Of a stretch of DNA of 64,000 bases, positions 61,604-64,000 are shown one piece after another. The notes below the pieces were generated by a model. It saw only the letters and a program-made list of their open reading frames with translations, was not told the origin of the DNA and did no database searches. A program made the translations under genes and the position numbers. The stretch lies in the sequence record OR844650.1. One strand, 5' to 3'. How positions within the stretch are numbered: position 1 is the stretch's first letter; every line of letters starts with the position of its first letter.

Positions 61604-61930
61604 TTAACGACCAAAGGTTAGCATTTTAGTTCGTGGATCTTCATCTGAAACTAAACTAACTGCGGCTGGATAATCAACCAAGTTTAATTCAATACCATCA
61701 ACTTCAATAGTTCTTGACCATCGACCATGATCAATTAAAATCCATTGACCTTCTTTAATATCAGTAATGTCTTCGCCTACAGAATAAACTTTTGCCCAGC
61801 GAGAACGAATACCTCTAATTTTACCGTCATCGTTTGTTAAAACGATACCACCTGCTGTTTTGCGTTCACCATGTTCCAGTTCAGTTACCAGTACTTTACC
61901 TTTACATGCAGTCATTACTTTATTAGTCAT
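61604..61930 (-). CDS. groES: co-chaperonin GroES
   Basis: KVLVTELEHGERKTAGGIVL mobile loop; AKVYSVG; IKEGQWIL. Confidence 0.88.
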   Translation of the reverse strand: MTNKVMTACKGKVLVTELEHGERKTAGGIVLTNDDGKIRGIRSRWAKVYSVGEDITDIKEGQWILIDHGRWSRTIEVDGIELNLVDYPAAVSLVSDEDPRTKMLTFGR

Positions 61931-61938
61931 TTAATATA

Positions 61939-62283
61939 TTACTCCTGATCTTTGGTTCTAGCTCGACGTGGTGCTTTCTTCTCTTCAGAAACCTCAGCTT
62001 CTTGTTCTTCGGGCTTAACTTCAAAACTCTCATCATCCCATACTTCATCCGTACCATGTTCAGTACTATGAAGTTGATGTTCAGGGATATAATCAGGAAT
62101 TTGCATTTCTCGTTCTTTTTCTTGAATCAACTCTTCACGAGTTTTAATAATTGTTCCACCGGAACCGATTTTATCACCACGTGCGTTTAGATTAGCATTA
62201 CCCAATGCTACCTGATGTTGATTTTGGTACTTGAGCATATCCATGTCAATTGTTGTACCACGATAAGTTGTATGTTTAGACAT
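61939..62283 (-). CDS. conserved jumbo-phage hypothetical protein
   Basis: TYRGTTIDMDML..ALGNANLNARGDKIGSGGTIIKTREE. Confidence 0.75.
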   Translation of the reverse strand: MSKHTTYRGTTIDMDMLKYQNQHQVALGNANLNARGDKIGSGGTIIKTREELIQEKEREMQIPDYIPEHQLHSTEHGTDEVWDDESFEVKPEEQEAEVSEEKKAPRRARTKDQE

Positions 62284-62346
62284 ATCAAAATCCTTTTATT
62301 GTATGTGTGATATAAGCCTACAATAAACATTATATCACATGTTTTT

Positions 62347-62865
62347 CTACCATTTCAAAAATTCGTTAACATCAAGTTCGTACTTCAATGAATCTACCAT
62401 ATGTAGTCCAATCAAAAACAAACAGTATGATGCAACAGAGCTTCCACGACCTAGACCCCAAAAGATCTCATTTTCTTCCATATAATCAACAAGCCATATC
62501 ATACATCTTAGTAGCTTTGTCATATTATAATATTCATATAAATCAAGTTCATACTCAACACGTTTTCGTGCTTCATCGGATGTGCATTTTTGTAAGAAAA
62601 AGTCACGCAGATTTATATTGTCGTATACTGGATCATATCGCCACAGTTCATGATTTTTATCATGCTCAATTGTATAATCCAGCATACGTTGTTCTAAGCC
62701 AAATTTTTTACAGTTATCATTGAATTTCAACCTTTCAGGTTCATCAATTTCCTGCAATTGTAAGTACTGGATATCTGCACCGCAATTGATTGCATAAACA
62801 ACTGCGTTAAGATTACATTTCACATCACCATTGGGACTTATAAATCTGTTTCCTTGTACTTTCAT
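62347..62865 (-). CDS. stand-alone fragment of DNA polymerase III alpha (DnaE)-like protein
   Basis: RVEYEL..LVDYMEENEIFWGLGRGSSVASYCLFLIGLHMVDSLKYEL; ends before the PDID catalytic motif. Confidence 0.75.
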   Translation of the reverse strand: MKVQGNRFISPNGDVKCNLNAVVYAINCGADIQYLQLQEIDEPERLKFNDNCKKFGLEQRMLDYTIEHDKNHELWRYDPVYDNINLRDFFLQKCTSDEARKRVEYELDLYEYYNMTKLLRCMIWLVDYMEENEIFWGLGRGSSVASYCLFLIGLHMVDSLKYELDVNEFLKW

Positions 62866-63136
62866 TTTTCTTCTTCTGGGCCTCTTCGTTGTCAGTTAGA
62901 TATGAATCCATATCGAAGATACATGGGTCTTCTTCGTCATAAACAGTTTTTTCTTTTTGTCCTTGGCGAAGTTCTAGTTCAGCATAACATTGATTTAAGA
63001 CAGTTTGCATATTACCAATAATCATGTCGCTTAGGCCAGCAGCACGAGCAGAAGTTAAACGCATAGACTGTTCATTAATTTTTAACTGTAGTTCTTTTTC
63101 CGTCATTCCAGACGGGTCAAAAAACGGATTAAACAT
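62825..63136 (-). CDS. hypothetical protein
   Basis: 103-aa ORF, GGAGG SD. Confidence 0.7.
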   Translation of the reverse strand: MFNPFFDPSGMTEKELQLKINEQSMRLTSARAAGLSDMIIGNMQTVLNQCYAELELRQGQKEKTVYDEEDPCIFDMDSYLTDNEEAQKKKNESTRKQIYKSQW

Positions 63137-63137
63137 A

Positions 63138-63953
63138 TTAACCTCCTATGTTATTGTTTTGCAATGTAATCAAAAATGTATCTGAAACATAATTCACTGA
63201 TTCATGCGAAAAGTATCCGAATTCAACCGATGTGATTTCGAACTCTACACCTACCATTGTACCATGTTCATTGTTCTGAAGTAAAGTGTTGAAAAATGCT
63301 TCACCTTTCCCTGGTTGACAATATGCAACTGGAATGATAGGCATGAATTTTTTCTGTATACCATCTTCAATGTATGGGTGATTCATAAATCTTGGAACCG
63401 TATCAAGCATTTCATCACTGATACTTGGTATCGCATCAACGTATAGACCACGATTTTGTAAATCGGTTGGGTCTTTTACTAAGTTGGTTGTGTCTTCACC
63501 AATAGCCTGAAAAATATTTTGTCGTAAACCAAATAATTCACCAAGCTGACCGTTGTCGATTTGAGTATATTGACGTGGATTTTTGGATACAGATACTAAA
63601 GATCCTTCAGGTAAAACCTCTCTATATAATAGATCATATTGTAAGTTACCTTGATTGTCAAGTGCTGATATTATTTTATAATTACCCATTACCATTTTAA
63701 ATTTTCCATTTGGAATAGTAGTTCCATTTGGGTTAATTATACTATTTCTCAATACTTTCTTGATATCAGAAAGGTTAGTATATGGATACGTTTGACTTAG
63801 GAAGTTTTCTTTCAATAACATCTTCGGTATTTTCTGAAGACCATATCTATTGTCAGATTGTCGGAAAAATAGTTGATTAGTGAATGATGAAGTACTGATA
63901 CATTTAAACCATTCTCTCTCAAATGCAACCGAAGGTAATACATGTGCACTCAA
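63138..63953 (-). CDS. hypothetical protein, 271 aa
   Basis: Long ORF. Confidence 0.7.
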   Translation of the reverse strand: MSAHVLPSVAFEREWFKCISTSSFTNQLFFRQSDNRYGLQKIPKMLLKENFLSQTYPYTNLSDIKKVLRNSIINPNGTTIPNGKFKMVMGNYKIISALDNQGNLQYDLLYREVLPEGSLVSVSKNPRQYTQIDNGQLGELFGLRQNIFQAIGEDTTNLVKDPTDLQNRGLYVDAIPSISDEMLDTVPRFMNHPYIEDGIQKKFMPIIPVAYCQPGKGEAFFNTLLQNNEHGTMVGVEFEITSVEFGYFSHESVNYVSDTFLITLQNNNIGG

Positions 63954-64000
63954 ATAATTCTGTCCGAATCCTCTTACAATCTTAAGGTTAAATATTTTTC

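Overview
This 64-kb window is AT-rich and densely packed, and almost every gene lies on the minus strand. It reads as an early/accessory region of a lytic jumbo myophage. The gene content (sigma70-like factor, gp44-like clamp loader, GroES, a DnaE fragment, TelA-like proteins, NADAR, DexA-like exonuclease, 7 tRNAs, T4-type TATAAATA late promoters) is most like the enterobacterial RaK2/K64-1 and PBECO4/121Q group; this placement is an inference, as no search was run. Most ORFs are small hypotheticals. No CRISPR array, integrase or IS element was seen. Six signals stand out. (1) The palindrome AGTACT, usually CAGTACT(G), is roughly 10-fold over-represented and is also placed in promoter spacers. 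(2) About 22 otherwise divergent proteins share one C-terminal motif, [TS]EExxFQxS[TL][VI]x[DE]. (3) A highly structured, ORF-free segment of about 480 nt with its own promoter follows the sigma factor gene, and a second of about 260 nt lies in the tRNA region. (4) A repeated element overlaps a stop codon, a cUUCGg terminator and a sigma70 -35/-10 promoter. (5) A family of 54-60 aa MTHEEW microproteins is interleaved with tRNAs. (6) Two tRNAs are unusual: a Ser tRNA with an ACU anticodon and a CAU tRNA with a long variable arm.
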